NCBI GenBank assembly: GCA_041740355.1
Contig: JBGSMD010000007.1
Location: 1-17,291 of the forward strand
Reading direction: 5' to 3'
DNA from: Bdellovibrionota bacterium
GTDB taxonomy: Bacteria > Bdellovibrionota_C > UBA2361 > CALJRW01
Length of the DNA stretch: 17,291 bases
In this document: piece by piece, positions 16,829 through 17,291 of the stretch
How positions within the stretch are numbered: the stretch's first letter is position 1
Layout of the letters: each line of letters opens with the position of its first letter
Notes under the pieces: model-generated
The model's database searches: none
What the model was told of the DNA's origin: nothing
The model's input: the letters and a program-made list of their open reading frames with translations, nothing else
Position numbers and translations under genes: made by a program

Positions 16829-16974
16829 CTTAAGCGTCCTCTAATTAGAATACCAAACCTTGCTATGTAGTAAAGTTAAATTTTTATATTCTTTGAAATA
16901 ACTTGACCGTCCAATAATAGCTTAATCATTTCAGATACTTAAGTAGGTAAGTTTAGTTAAACCAAATATATACT

Positions 16975-17026
16975 TATAGAGAACCCAAAAAAGGATTTCC
17001 GTTAAGGAAATTATTTTGTGAGGTTC
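16975..17026. repeat. Degenerate copy of the first foldback of module A
   Basis: ATAGAGAACCCAAAAAAGGATTTCCG matches ATAGAAAGTCCAAAAAGTAATTTACG (14570-14595) at 19/26. The hairpin is retained (GAACC/GGTTC and ATTTCC/GGAAAT). Confidence 0.6.
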
Positions 17027-17040
17027 GGGCTTTAACATTT

Positions 17041-17067
17041 AATATTGATTTTGAAGAAATCAATATT
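17041..17067. other. AT-rich perfect inverted repeat
   Basis: AATATTGATTT-tgaag-AAATCAATATT, 11-bp arms. Confidence 0.45.
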
Positions 17068-17092
17068 TATCGGCTTTTCAAATCCTGGATTT

Positions 17093-17120
17093 CCACCTTC
17101 GCTAAAGCTTCGGCGGACGA
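17093..17120. repeat. REP-like GC-rich unit (third family member)
   Basis: CCACCTTCGCTAAAGCTTCGGCGGACGA. The core is 17/19 identical to 13557-13575 and stands out as a GC-rich island in AT-rich DNA. Boundaries are approximate because no empty site is available. Confidence 0.7.
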
Positions 17121-17152
17121 GTATCTAGGTTTGAATGCCTAAAAACAACAAA

Positions 17153-17291
17153 TATAGTAATGACAAAAAATAATTTACGTTAGTAAATTGAATAGAGTCA
17201 TTACGGCTAATGCAAATCTTGGTTTTATCCAAGTTTGCATAGCTAAAAACAACATTAATAGTGAGTTCAAGCAAAATCGTTAATCATTTAA
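17153..17291 (+). mobile_element. MITE-like element (module B, insertion-free copy, truncated by window end)
   Basis: Starts TATAGTAATGACAAAAAATAATTTACGT. About 90% identical to the reverse complement of 13410-13610 minus the two inserts. About 27 bp of the far end would lie outside the window. Confidence 0.8.

Noticed and set aside
13383-17291. Repeats considered as a CRISPR array or integron attC sites
   Set aside because: They are dispersed and in both orientations, with no regular repeat-spacer period, no cas or integrase gene, and no RYYYAAC...GTTRRRY boundaries.

Overview
AT-rich bacterial window, probably from a diderm given the A2M/PbpC pair, with six well-supported genes. On the minus strand is an alpha-2-macroglobulin (intact CTEQ thioester) - pbpC operon. 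A divergent 1505-aa fusion combines an Ig-like domain, two GT2 glycosyltransferase domains and three different SAM methyltransferase domains (CmcI-like, TylF/MycF-like, Methyltransf_24-like). Next come uridine kinase and a minus-strand two-gene cassette: a winged-helix protein translationally coupled to a divergent fold-type-I PLP enzyme with MppP/RohP-like motif spacing. The least ordinary signal is non-coding. One family of ~26-bp TATAG...CAAAAAATAAWTTAC ends occurs about 13 times and builds two kinds of MITE-like element: a ~165-bp element in two copies and a ~140-bp double-foldback in two copies plus a remnant. Comparing the two 165-bp copies shows two ~31-bp GC-rich REP-like units inserted cleanly, without target duplication, into the loops of small pre-existing hairpins. 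A third related unit also sits in a hairpin loop. No transposase, RNA gene or CRISPR array is visible. All alignments were done by eye.
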